From: Promethearchaeota archaeon
GTDB lineage: Archaea > Asgardarchaeota > Lokiarchaeia > Sigyniarchaeales > SOKP01
NCBI GenBank assembly: GCA_048938895.1
Contig: JBHLLU010000065.1
Coordinates: forward strand, 1-20,096
Length of the DNA: 20,096 nucleotides
Reading direction: 5' to 3'
The notes beneath the pieces were generated by a model. It had not been told where the DNA came from, searched no databases, and worked only from the letters and a program-made list of their open reading frames with translations. The position numbers were made by a program, and so were the translations under genes. Below, in pieces: positions 1-7,958 of the stretch. Numbering within the stretch: the first letter of the stretch is position 1; the number at the start of each line of letters is the position of its first letter.

Positions 1-1
1 G

Positions 2-29
2 ACTCTGAATTGACCTTTCCATTCAAATT
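2..29. repeat. att-like recombination site, copy 1 (ACTCTGAATTG-ACCTTT-CCATTCAAATT)
   Basis: Positions 2-24 are identical to 20032-20054. Imperfect inverted 11-bp arms (8/11) flank a 6-bp spacer. The site lies directly upstream of the integrase operon, and the minus strand reads LNGKVNSES off the left edge. Confidence 0.85.
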
Positions 30-98
30 TCACAGAAAATTGGGACAAAATTTAAAAAGGCTCGAACCTTGTGTCTCTTAAAACGGAGGAAAATACAA

Positions 99-617
99 AT
101 GAGCGAAAAATCGAAACCAAACCAAAATAAGTATGCCTATAAATATATCCAATTTACAGCCACACCATCCGAAAAAAAGCAGATTAAACATTTTGCCAAT
201 AAAGAGAACTTCAAAACCATTTCCGAATTCGTGAGAAGAATTGTATTTGACTATATCAGAAGACAAGACAATCCCGAACTATTTCATTCCGCTAATACCA
301 ATTCTATAAATCCGCTTCAAATGGAACGAATCGCCAAAAACATCCGTGAAATCATGAAAAACCAAGAAATCATATTGCAGAGGGAAGATACTCTAGAAGA
401 AATAAAAGAAATGGTGATGAATCTTCATAAACTTGCGGAATCCAACTCCTTAGCTAAAGAAAGGGAAACTATAATTCAGTTGTTTGAAAATCATGACTCC
501 TGTTCCCTGCGACAGATTCAAGAAGAAACCAAATTAGCGGAAGATATCATCTTTAAAATCATTTCCGACATGAACCTATTCAAAATTACAGCTACGGGAA
601 GGTTTGCCCTACGATGA
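99..617 (+). CDS. Ribbon-helix-helix DNA-binding protein with coiled coil and C-terminal winged-HTH-like region
   Basis: N-terminal YIQFTATPSEKKQIKHFA...TISEFVRRIV fits an RHH pattern, and C-terminal SLRQIQEETKLAEDIIFKII is HTH-like. The ATG at 99 follows GGAGG and is preferred over the TTG at 69. The stop overlaps the integrase start (ATGA). Confidence 0.75.
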   Translation: MSEKSKPNQNKYAYKYIQFTATPSEKKQIKHFANKENFKTISEFVRRIVFDYIRRQDNPELFHSANTNSINPLQMERIAKNIREIMKNQEIILQREDTLEEIKEMVMNLHKLAESNSLAKERETIIQLFENHDSCSLRQIQEETKLAEDIIFKIISDMNLFKITATGRFALR

Positions 618-1522
618 CGGAAATAACCAATCAGCAGATCATAGATCGATATCTAAAGCGGTTTTCTCATTCTAAGGCTTCTCAATCTATGCGGAAATAT
701 TGTATTCAATATTTTTTTGACTCTAACTTTTTTGGTTATAACGGACATATCTTTAACTTAACAAAGCGGGATGTTATTGACTATTTTGACTATCTAAACC
801 ACTTGGAAAGCATCTCCCTACAAACTAAAAAAAACAAGTGGAATATATTCCGCAGTTTTTTACAGTTTATCATGGAATATTACGATGATCTTGTCATTAT
901 CATTCCCCATTATAGCATACAATGGAAACCACTACATAAGAAACCAGATTCTAACAAAGATGTTGTAATGGAAAAGGAAGAAGTGAAGCAAATCCTTGAT
1001 CACATGTATAATCGGAATTATAATTATTATATCCTCTTCAGATTGTTAGCGGAAACAGGGATGCGAATAGGAGAGCTTATCAATTTAGACTGTGAAGATC
1101 TGAATGTGAAGAAAAGATATGTTGAAGTGGAAGGGAAAACGGGAAGAAAGATTTACTACTTTTCAGAAGGATTGACAATGCATCTAACTATATATTTGAA
1201 AGAGCGGATGAGCAAAGAAACGGATACTAAGGCATTATTTTTATCCATTCAAAGAAAGAGATATGCTCTTAGAACCATTAACCATTATACTAGGAGATGT
1301 GTTATCCGTTTAAACATTGATAAATGGATCTCCTGTCATACATTCAGAAGAACTTTAAATACGCTAAGGAAAAGGATGGGGTGCCCAAAGGAAGATCGGA
1401 AAATCCTGTTATGCCATAAAGTCAGTGATGTGAATTTCAATTGCTATGTGAAGCTTAATTATTATGATTATATTCAGCTCTATGACAAGTGGAATCCTTA
1501 CAAGAATATAATGGATAGTTAA
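614..1522 (+). CDS. Tyrosine recombinase/integrase (XerC/D-like)
   Basis: Catalytic motifs TGMRIGE (R), GKTG (K), HTFRR (HxxR), LLCH (H) and CYVK (Y); 302 aa with a SAM-like N-terminal region. Confidence 0.95.
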   Translation: MTEITNQQIIDRYLKRFSHSKASQSMRKYCIQYFFDSNFFGYNGHIFNLTKRDVIDYFDYLNHLESISLQTKKNKWNIFRSFLQFIMEYYDDLVIIIPHYSIQWKPLHKKPDSNKDVVMEKEEVKQILDHMYNRNYNYYILFRLLAETGMRIGELINLDCEDLNVKKRYVEVEGKTGRKIYYFSEGLTMHLTIYLKERMSKETDTKALFLSIQRKRYALRTINHYTRRCVIRLNIDKWISCHTFRRTLNTLRKRMGCPKEDRKILLCHKVSDVNFNCYVKLNYYDYIQLYDKWNPYKNIMDS

Positions 1523-1642
1523 ATCTAAATTTAGTTTTTTTTAAACTCCTTCTATATTATATTTGTTATTCTAATTGGAAACATATATTATTATATCCGC
1601 TTATTTTAGGGTTCACTAAAGTATGATAACTGTAGAATAAGC

Positions 1643-1719
1643 ATACCCCCCTTCGTTGATTTTCCCCTCAAAAAGCATTCTTTTTTTGAAAACGGGTAAC
1701 TAAGGTACTCTGTGAATTG
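1643..1719. repeat. 77-bp non-coding block identical to 14087-14163, with imperfect hairpin potential
   Basis: Direct comparison shows an exact match, and homology between the two elements ends here. Confidence 0.85.
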
Positions 1720-1933
1720 ATGCTACTTTTTTAATCTGATTTATTGATTTTTATAAAAAAAATAGTACGTATATAGTATATATTTTTATTGGGGATTATA
1801 ATACTTGAAGTCCTTATAATCTGCCCCCAGATTAGTAGGTGTTTAAGGCTTCTACTATTAATATAAATATATAATATATAATAGACTATTGTAACAAAAT
1901 AAAATATAAATTTAGAGAAGAAAGCTTCTTCTC

Positions 1934-3202
1934 TCAATCTTTATTTCCAAAAGTCAATAATTCAAAGAAAATATCAATATCTTGCTTATTGATTTCTTTT
2001 CTTCCCTCAATTAGGCAAAAAGCAGTTGATAGTGATCTAAATTCATGCCATAGCCTTACTCTGCTTTTATTCGCTTGATTATCATGATACTTTCCATCCC
2101 AGTGCTTGCACTTTTCATTGTACTCCTCAAATTTACTTTTCCATTGTACCGTAAGTTCTTTTGTAATTGTTGATTGAAAACCTTCAGATTCTTTTTTCTT
2201 ATTCTTTAAAAATCCACTAACCGCTTCCTGCACTGATTGTAAATCCACATCAGGAAGATCATTATCAATTATCTTGTCTTCTACTTCCTCATCCACACCC
2301 ATTTCTAAAAACATAAACTTCTGTGAACTCATTATCTCTTTCACAAGAGCATAATTTACTCCTTTATCGAAAAACACATGTGGGGTAATTCCAAAAATGA
2401 AATTAAAATCCGCAGGAAGAATCATCAAACCAGTTCCCGGACTATGTTTTCTGTATTCCTTTCTTCCGTAAGCCGCTGTTAAGAAACGTACAAATCTTCT
2501 TATCTGCCTTTCATCAGTCCCTAACATCCCGGTTAAATCTTGATTCATTAGGGTTTTTCCGCTAATCAAGTTCAAAAAAGCAGAAGATTGTTGTGAAGCA
2601 TCTGTAGTTCCAGGGATAAAACTCTGCATAGTCACTTCGTCATCATGTAATGTAAATTCATTTCCATTAAAACAATCGATTAAAGTTGATTTCCCGCAAC
2701 CAGGCACACCTATTAACATTAGATAAAGAGAATTATTCTTTTGAAACCATTTAGATATGACTGTAGCTAAAATTATCTTAAATTCCCTTTCTCTATTAAA
2801 TAGAATCTCACTAACAACTTCTCGCAGTTGCTTCCATGTAGTAATTTCCTCATTAGGAGTAACTAATTCTGTATTCCTTGTTTTCTTCCTTTCAAGTTGC
2901 ATCTTAAGTTTATATAAAAGCTTCTTCAGATCATTCATTAGAAGTTCCTGATTTTCACATACATAGGTCTTCTTGAAATACTTTCCAACTATTGTACGAG
3001 CATCATCAATTTTCTGATATTCATTCTTCTTTAAATTGACTGTCCCAATAATGTTGGGTTCTTGTACACCGGGAATCTTGTGGAATAATTCTACATTATA
3101 GTCTTCTTGCTTATAAAATAAACCACTAATCCATTCTTCCATTCTTTTCATCTCGTTCCAATTCATATACTTTATCACATACAACTCGGTGGATAAAATC
3201 AC
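1934..3202 (-). CDS. P-loop AAA+ ATPase, MCM-like putative replication helicase
   Basis: Walker A LMLIGVPGCGKST, degenerate Walker B (TLMNQD) and sensor-1-like FNFIFGITP. The true start may be the ATG at 3166. Confidence 0.6.
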   Translation of the reverse strand: MILSTELYVIKYMNWNEMKRMEEWISGLFYKQEDYNVELFHKIPGVQEPNIIGTVNLKKNEYQKIDDARTIVGKYFKKTYVCENQELLMNDLKKLLYKLKMQLERKKTRNTELVTPNEEITTWKQLREVVSEILFNREREFKIILATVISKWFQKNNSLYLMLIGVPGCGKSTLIDCFNGNEFTLHDDEVTMQSFIPGTTDASQQSSAFLNLISGKTLMNQDLTGMLGTDERQIRRFVRFLTAAYGRKEYRKHSPGTGLMILPADFNFIFGITPHVFFDKGVNYALVKEIMSSQKFMFLEMGVDEEVEDKIIDNDLPDVDLQSVQEAVSGFLKNKKKESEGFQSTITKELTVQWKSKFEEYNEKCKHWDGKYHDNQANKSRVRLWHEFRSLSTAFCLIEGRKEINKQDIDIFFELLTFGNKD

Positions 3203-3721
3203 TTACCGTCTCATTATGTCTCTTAACTTTATCCATCCGTTTCATTAAACTAACACTGAACCAAATATTCAATTATGTTCACGTCCATAGTTTTATTATT
3301 CAATTTCATAAATTCTGCCTCTTATTCGGCATTTTAGCGTAAAATTCGGGCTAAATTGTATATTACCATCAATAATAAGTCCGTATTCTATACAATTCCC
3401 GTTAATTTGATAACCGTTGAAAAATTCATATTTTGTTATCATTTTTGAAGAGAGATAAAAAGCAACTCTCTTAACCCTAATTTAGATGGTTTTTATTAGA
3501 CTAATAGAATAAAAAATTTTATCTTCTTTTTCTCTTATCACTATATCTCCCTTTAAATCTGCCATAATGTCCATCCATCATCTTTTTTCTCAAGTTCCAG
3601 CCACGTTTGTTTCCAGTCTTTCTTATCTGTGTTTTTTTAGCTTTTTCTTGTTTTTCTTTCTCAAAGTATGATTCATATATTTTCAAAGCACGATGAATTG
3701 TTTTATCTGTTTTCCTCTTAT

Positions 3722-3883
3722 CTATTTCTTACCACCTAAAACCAGAAGTCCTTTTTCCTTCAAGTACCATTTATCAGCTTCTAGTAATTGTTGACTTACT
3801 GATTGACCCGTCAATTTCTTAATATTTTCATGTATTTTGGATAAACTTTCTGGCATTGTAATACTATATGGTTTTCGCTTCAT
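3722..3883 (-). CDS. Small CopG/RHH-like regulator (53 aa), absent from the ORF track
   Basis: Manual translation gives MKRKPYSITMPESLSKIHENIKKLTGQSVSQQLLEADKWYLKEKGLLVLGGKK, a beta-strand plus two helices pattern. A TTTATAAA box lies at about 3937-3944, upstream on this strand. Confidence 0.6.
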   Translation of the reverse strand: MKRKPYSITMPESLSKIHENIKKLTGQSVSQQLLEADKWYLKEKGLLVLGGKK

Positions 3884-4217
3884 GTGAATTAAGTTAAAAA
3901 TCTTTTTTTTTCTTGGTAATACATAGAAAAAAAGTATTTATAAAGCTTACGAAAATTGATTTGGGGGTTACAACGCTTCTTCTCTTATTTTTCAAAAAAA
4001 ATCAAAATTTTAAAGTATGATTTGGGGAAAATTATTGATATTATTGAATTGATAAAATATTTAGCTTAAACTTAAAAAGTAAAAAAATTGGTGGTTTATT
4101 TTTTAATATAATCAAAATTTTTTAAAATATAATGTTTTCAATTTACATATTGTTCCAATTGCACTTTAGTAAAAAATGAATTAATATATTTCATATAATA
4201 CTCTATACAATCTTCCT

Positions 4218-5408
4218 CTACATATCTCTTAAATCAGTCAAATTAACACAATCTTTAATATTTTCAATAGTAAGGAGTTCCTCATCGACATTCAATGAAA
4301 AAATATCTTCTCTTTTTGAAGTATCAGCCTCAATCCGAAAAATTGGATGGTCTTGAGAATCATGATACTCTAAAATTATGAATTTTCTACGGATTTTATA
4401 CCATGTTGGTCTGATTAGGAATAATAAATGTTTCATTCTCATTTTAGGTTTCAATACTGTCTCATCTTTCAAATTGAATTTTACCTTATCGCTTTCGATT
4501 GAATATTTTTCTATGGAGAATCCAAACATATTAAATAAAGAGATTTGATCTAGTATAGCAGATTCTTTTCTTAATTGTTTATTTTTCCAATAAGGTTGAA
4601 TATCATCAATATTATCTAAAAAGAAAACTGAATGAGCTAACCTGAGGATGCCAAAGATGTCATTAACGATTAAAAATAAATTCCATAATTCAGGTTGAAG
4701 TAGGACAATCTTTTTTTCTTTAGGAGGTTTTTTATATCTGCAAACTATCTTGTTGTCCTTAACTGAATATTTATCGTGTTTAGGAATATTTCTCCAATCA
4801 TTTAGTTTTAAATTCCAAGGAGGAGGAATCAGCAGTTTATTATTAAATTTATATATAAGTAATTTATTGACTAAATCTCCTAAATCTAAATTGTTAATAT
4901 ACAATTTTGAAGGCTTTCTTTTATTTATTATCTCTTCTAAATATAGTAGAATTCTTAAATAAGGCTGAATACAGGCTTCTATGATCTTTCCGATTTTTGT
5001 GAATACATCTTCTGCAAATTCATGCAAGGTCATTTGACTCCGATCTTGGTCTAGCGTTATTAAGGAGATTATCTTTGAGGTTGTTGCTATAACATCATCT
5101 TGCCAATTTTGATAAGATTTATAACAATTAATTGAATCTTCCATTTTTGCTTTCCAAAAGGCTTCAAGACAATTCTCAAATAACTGTTTATTTACATTGT
5201 CAGATAAGATATAGAGAAGTGAATCAATATATTGAGGTAAATAGGCAAGCATCTGCACTCTCAAAATATATTTATTTTTTAAGAAGGGTTTAAACTTGTC
5301 TATAATGAACTGTTCGATTTCCTTCTGCTTAAGACCTTTTTCATAAAGTTCTAAAATGATCCCTTTCTCATTCTTTTCAGAAACAAATTTGTCAACTATA
5401 TTTTGCAT
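4218..5408 (-). CDS. Hypothetical protein with an RX4H (HEPN-like) motif
   Basis: 396-aa ORF. The helical segments IGKIIEACI...LDLGDLV...DWRNIPKH resemble the HEPN layout. Confidence 0.5.
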   Translation of the reverse strand: MQNIVDKFVSEKNEKGIILELYEKGLKQKEIEQFIIDKFKPFLKNKYILRVQMLAYLPQYIDSLLYILSDNVNKQLFENCLEAFWKAKMEDSINCYKSYQNWQDDVIATTSKIISLITLDQDRSQMTLHEFAEDVFTKIGKIIEACIQPYLRILLYLEEIINKRKPSKLYINNLDLGDLVNKLLIYKFNNKLLIPPPWNLKLNDWRNIPKHDKYSVKDNKIVCRYKKPPKEKKIVLLQPELWNLFLIVNDIFGILRLAHSVFFLDNIDDIQPYWKNKQLRKESAILDQISLFNMFGFSIEKYSIESDKVKFNLKDETVLKPKMRMKHLLFLIRPTWYKIRRKFIILEYHDSQDHPIFRIEADTSKREDIFSLNVDEELLTIENIKDCVNLTDLRDM

Positions 5409-5560
5409 CTAGGTTCCATTCTCTTATTTATCCTATTTTAAATCAATTGATTAGAATTGTGGGAATTACAGTAAATCCCCTCTAATAATAAAATGCTAAT
5501 TCTAGTCTTATTAATTTGATGGAGTAGTTTAATTTTCTAATATTTATTTTTTCAATAGGG

Positions 5561-5580
5561 CGCACCACAGGGGTGGGAAG
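5561..5580. repeat. GC-rich intergenic repeat, degenerate copy (16/20)
   Basis: CGCACCACAGGGGTGGGAAG versus the consensus GGCACCACGGGGGAGGGAGG. Confidence 0.75.
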
Positions 5581-5716
5581 TAATAATCATAAAGAAGGAT
5601 AGTGAAAAACATATATTTCAATTTATTTTAATAAAATGTAAGAAATGTATCATAAACAAAAATTTAATGTATATTCAGGATTTATATGCTTCTTTGGTTA
5701 TTTATAGTTAAAACTG

Positions 5717-6331
5717 ATGAATATGAATGACATTGATGGAATAAAATTAATAGATCGAGATTATCGGATTCTAAAGGAATTGGAAGATAATACGGGATAT
5801 TCTCCCTCTTACGCTGAATATCTAGATGATTACATGACTATTGGTTTTTATACATCAGAAAATAGAGTAGTTGATCTTGTCATAAATAATTTTCATAGAA
5901 AATTCATTCCATTTTTACCAATTAGAGATTTAGATTATCATGGCTTTAAACAATTTCCACTAGAAGTATTTGGATTGCAGGATCTATACAGAATAGGAAT
6001 ACTTGGATTTACAATGATAAATCTTAAAGGGATTGAAAATTTAAACTCATTAGAAATCCTTATAATTCGTGAATGTAATAATGTTGAATTACCCGAATCA
6101 TTGAAAAAGCTAAAAAAATTAGAAGAATTAGAAGTAAGTTATTCTGATTTAAAGTTCATTCCCAATATAATCAGAGATATATCTTCATTAAAAAAATTAA
6201 ACCTTGAAGGAAATCAAATTACCCTTATCCCTAAATTCATTGGAAATCTTCAAAATCTTGAAGAATTAAATCTTTGTGACAATCCAATAGTAAAAATCCC
6301 TAAATGGTTGGATAAGCATATTTTGAAATAA
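5717..6331 (+). CDS. Leucine-rich repeat protein, candidate orphan immunity protein
   Basis: LxxLxLxxNxI/L repeats. The N-terminus (GIKLIDRDYRILKELE...GFYTSENRVVDL) resembles that of 6935..7957. Confidence 0.85.
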   Translation: MNMNDIDGIKLIDRDYRILKELEDNTGYSPSYAEYLDDYMTIGFYTSENRVVDLVINNFHRKFIPFLPIRDLDYHGFKQFPLEVFGLQDLYRIGILGFTMINLKGIENLNSLEILIIRECNNVELPESLKKLKKLEELEVSYSDLKFIPNIIRDISSLKKLNLEGNQITLIPKFIGNLQNLEELNLCDNPIVKIPKWLDKHILK

Positions 6332-6392
6332 ATTTTAGGTTGAAATTTTAATGCTTTACTGAGCATAATTTCATGAATTTCTCTTCAGTAGA

Positions 6393-6412
6393 GGCACCAC
6401 GGGGGAGGGAGG
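6393..6412. repeat. GC-rich intergenic repeat GGCACCACGGGGGAGGGAGG
   Basis: Exact 20-mer, also at 6874 and 18134. Confidence 0.9.
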
Positions 6413-6433
6413 GAAAAAAATAGAAGAGAATTT

Positions 6434-6799
6434 TCAATTATCATCAAATTCACTTTCGTGTGGAGGGGGTTTGTATTTTATGGAAGCATCATAACAATCT
6501 GGGCAATACCATGCCTTCCAGCGTGGATGAAAAATCATATCAGTATCACTTCTAGCACATGCAGCACATTCGCAAATTGATACTTGTAAAGCTCTCCTAA
6601 GTTTATGAATTTCTCTATTTATATTTCTTAGCTTTTCTATCAATTCTCTCGTCATTTCTTTTCCCTTCCGTGTTTTTCTCGATTTTTCCAGTAATTCATT
6701 TTGCTTACGAAGTACTGCTTGTTTAATGATCATTCGTAAATTATTTCTTAAATTCCTTAGTTTTGGGTCTTTTATTAAAATTCTTCTTCCATCTTTCAT
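6434..6799 (-). CDS. Small coiled-coil, Cys-rich (putative zinc-binding) protein, paralog of 18263..18655; candidate orphan immunity protein
   Basis: Shares IKxPKLRxxRxNLRxI, ICxC and WYCxxCY with 18263..18655. Confidence 0.75.
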   Translation of the reverse strand: MKDGRRILIKDPKLRNLRNNLRMIIKQAVLRKQNELLEKSRKTRKGKEMTRELIEKLRNINREIHKLRRALQVSICECAACARSDTDMIFHPRWKAWYCPDCYDASIKYKPPPHESEFDDN

Positions 6800-6873
6800 A
6801 TTTATTGCTAGGAAATATTACATCTATTTATATATTAAATGTTTATTACAAAAAATATCTCCTTTCAAGAAGG

Positions 6874-6893
6874 GGCACCACGGGGGAGGGAGG
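6874..6893. repeat. GC-rich intergenic repeat GGCACCACGGGGGAGGGAGG
   Basis: Exact 20-mer. The flanks (TTTCAAG...GGTAA) also match the 18134 copy. Confidence 0.9.
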
Positions 6894-6934
6894 TAAAAAA
6901 AATAAATAAGAATTAAATAAAGTATTAAAATGAA

Positions 6935-7957
6935 TTAAGTACTAATATTTACTCCTTGTTCTTTTAGTTTAATTACTATAGGGTCATCTTTTGAAATAGG
7001 ATTTCCAATAATGTTGAGTGTATTTAAAGATTTTAAATTTAGAATTGATTCAGGAAGATCTACAATCTTATTATTATTCAAATCTAATGATTCCAATGAT
7101 TTTAAATTTCCAATCGAAGACGGAATCTTTTCTAAATTGTTTTTTCCTAAATTTAGAAATTTCAATGAAGTAAGATCACCAATATTTTCAGGTAGCACAC
7201 TTATTTGATTATGTTCTATGTCTAAATCACAAAGATTGATTAAATTACTAATATTTTTTGGGAGAGACTCCAAATTGTTTCTGCTTAAATATAATTTCTC
7301 CAAATTTTTCAAAAGCCAAAATGATTGAGGTAATTCAATTATAAAGTTATCAAACAATGACAATAATTTTAGAGTTTTTAAACCTCCAATACAATCTGGT
7401 ACTATCTTTATTTTATTTTCGGAAAGATCTAATGATGTTAAATTACTAAGAGTACATATTTCATTGGGAATTTCTTCTATCGCATTATTACCATAAGAAA
7501 CTTCCTTTAAACTTTTTAGATTGCCAATTTTTATGTTAATTTTTTTTAAATTGTTATCCTCTATTGTTAAAATTTCTAAATCTTTTAAATCATAAATACT
7601 AGATGATATATCGTCTAATTCCCCTCCTCTAACATAAAAAACCTTTAAAGATTGTAATTTCGAAATTTTTTCAGGGATGTTAGGAATTGAGATAAAAAAC
7701 AAAATTAAGATACTTAAATCTTTTAATCTAAAAATTTCCTCTGGGAATTCGATAAGAACCTTTCCAATAGCATCATCCATTACTAAATGTTTTACATTGC
7801 CTTCTTCAACGAAAAATGCTAAATTCAAATCAGTGATCCCATTTGAATAAAAATCTTCAAATTTAATTGATTTTCCTTTTTTTTTTTCAAGAGAGATCAG
7901 CGCATTATATTCTTCTTCTTTTAATATAATTCCTTGATATTCTTTAATATAATTCAC
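6935..7957 (-). CDS. Leucine-rich repeat protein, candidate cognate immunity protein of the deaminase
   Basis: About 11 LRRs of ~23 residues. Separated from the stop of 7959..9149 by a single nucleotide. Confidence 0.9.
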   Translation of the reverse strand: MNYIKEYQGIILKEEEYNALISLEKKKGKSIKFEDFYSNGITDLNLAFFVEEGNVKHLVMDDAIGKVLIEFPEEIFRLKDLSILILFFISIPNIPEKISKLQSLKVFYVRGGELDDISSSIYDLKDLEILTIEDNNLKKINIKIGNLKSLKEVSYGNNAIEEIPNEICTLSNLTSLDLSENKIKIVPDCIGGLKTLKLLSLFDNFIIELPQSFWLLKNLEKLYLSRNNLESLPKNISNLINLCDLDIEHNQISVLPENIGDLTSLKFLNLGKNNLEKIPSSIGNLKSLESLDLNNNKIVDLPESILNLKSLNTLNIIGNPISKDDPIVIKLKEQGVNIST

Positions 7958-7958
7958 C

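Noticed and set aside
78-266. Short ORFs antisense to or nested in longer genes (78..266, 2757..2951, 4750..4962, 7011..7208, 8722..9039, 11552..11740, 12101..12298, 12523..12711, 17057..17251, 17325..17528, 18525..18746, 18694..18888, 18780..19016)
   Set aside because: They overlap well-supported genes and have no recognisable motifs; they are shadow ORFs.
614-1522. Calling the recombinase the chromosomal XerA and the site the chromosomal dif
   Set aside because: There are two near-identical copies, each inside a repeat-bounded element, and the site lies within a coding frame. This fits element integrases better.
1731-1937. 68-aa hydrophobic ORF overlapping the ATPase stop
   Set aside because: It is low-complexity AT-rich sequence with no motif. 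The overlap is suggestive, but the evidence is insufficient to call a gene.
6863-6880. TTCAAG...GGGGCACCA resembles a tRNA 3' end (T-loop plus CCA), a common integration target
   Set aside because: The spacing from TTC to CCA is about 6 nt too short, and neither a T-stem nor a cloverleaf can be formed.
5561-6893. GC-rich repeats as a CRISPR array
   Set aside because: The spacing is 481-832 bp with whole genes between copies, and no cas genes are present.
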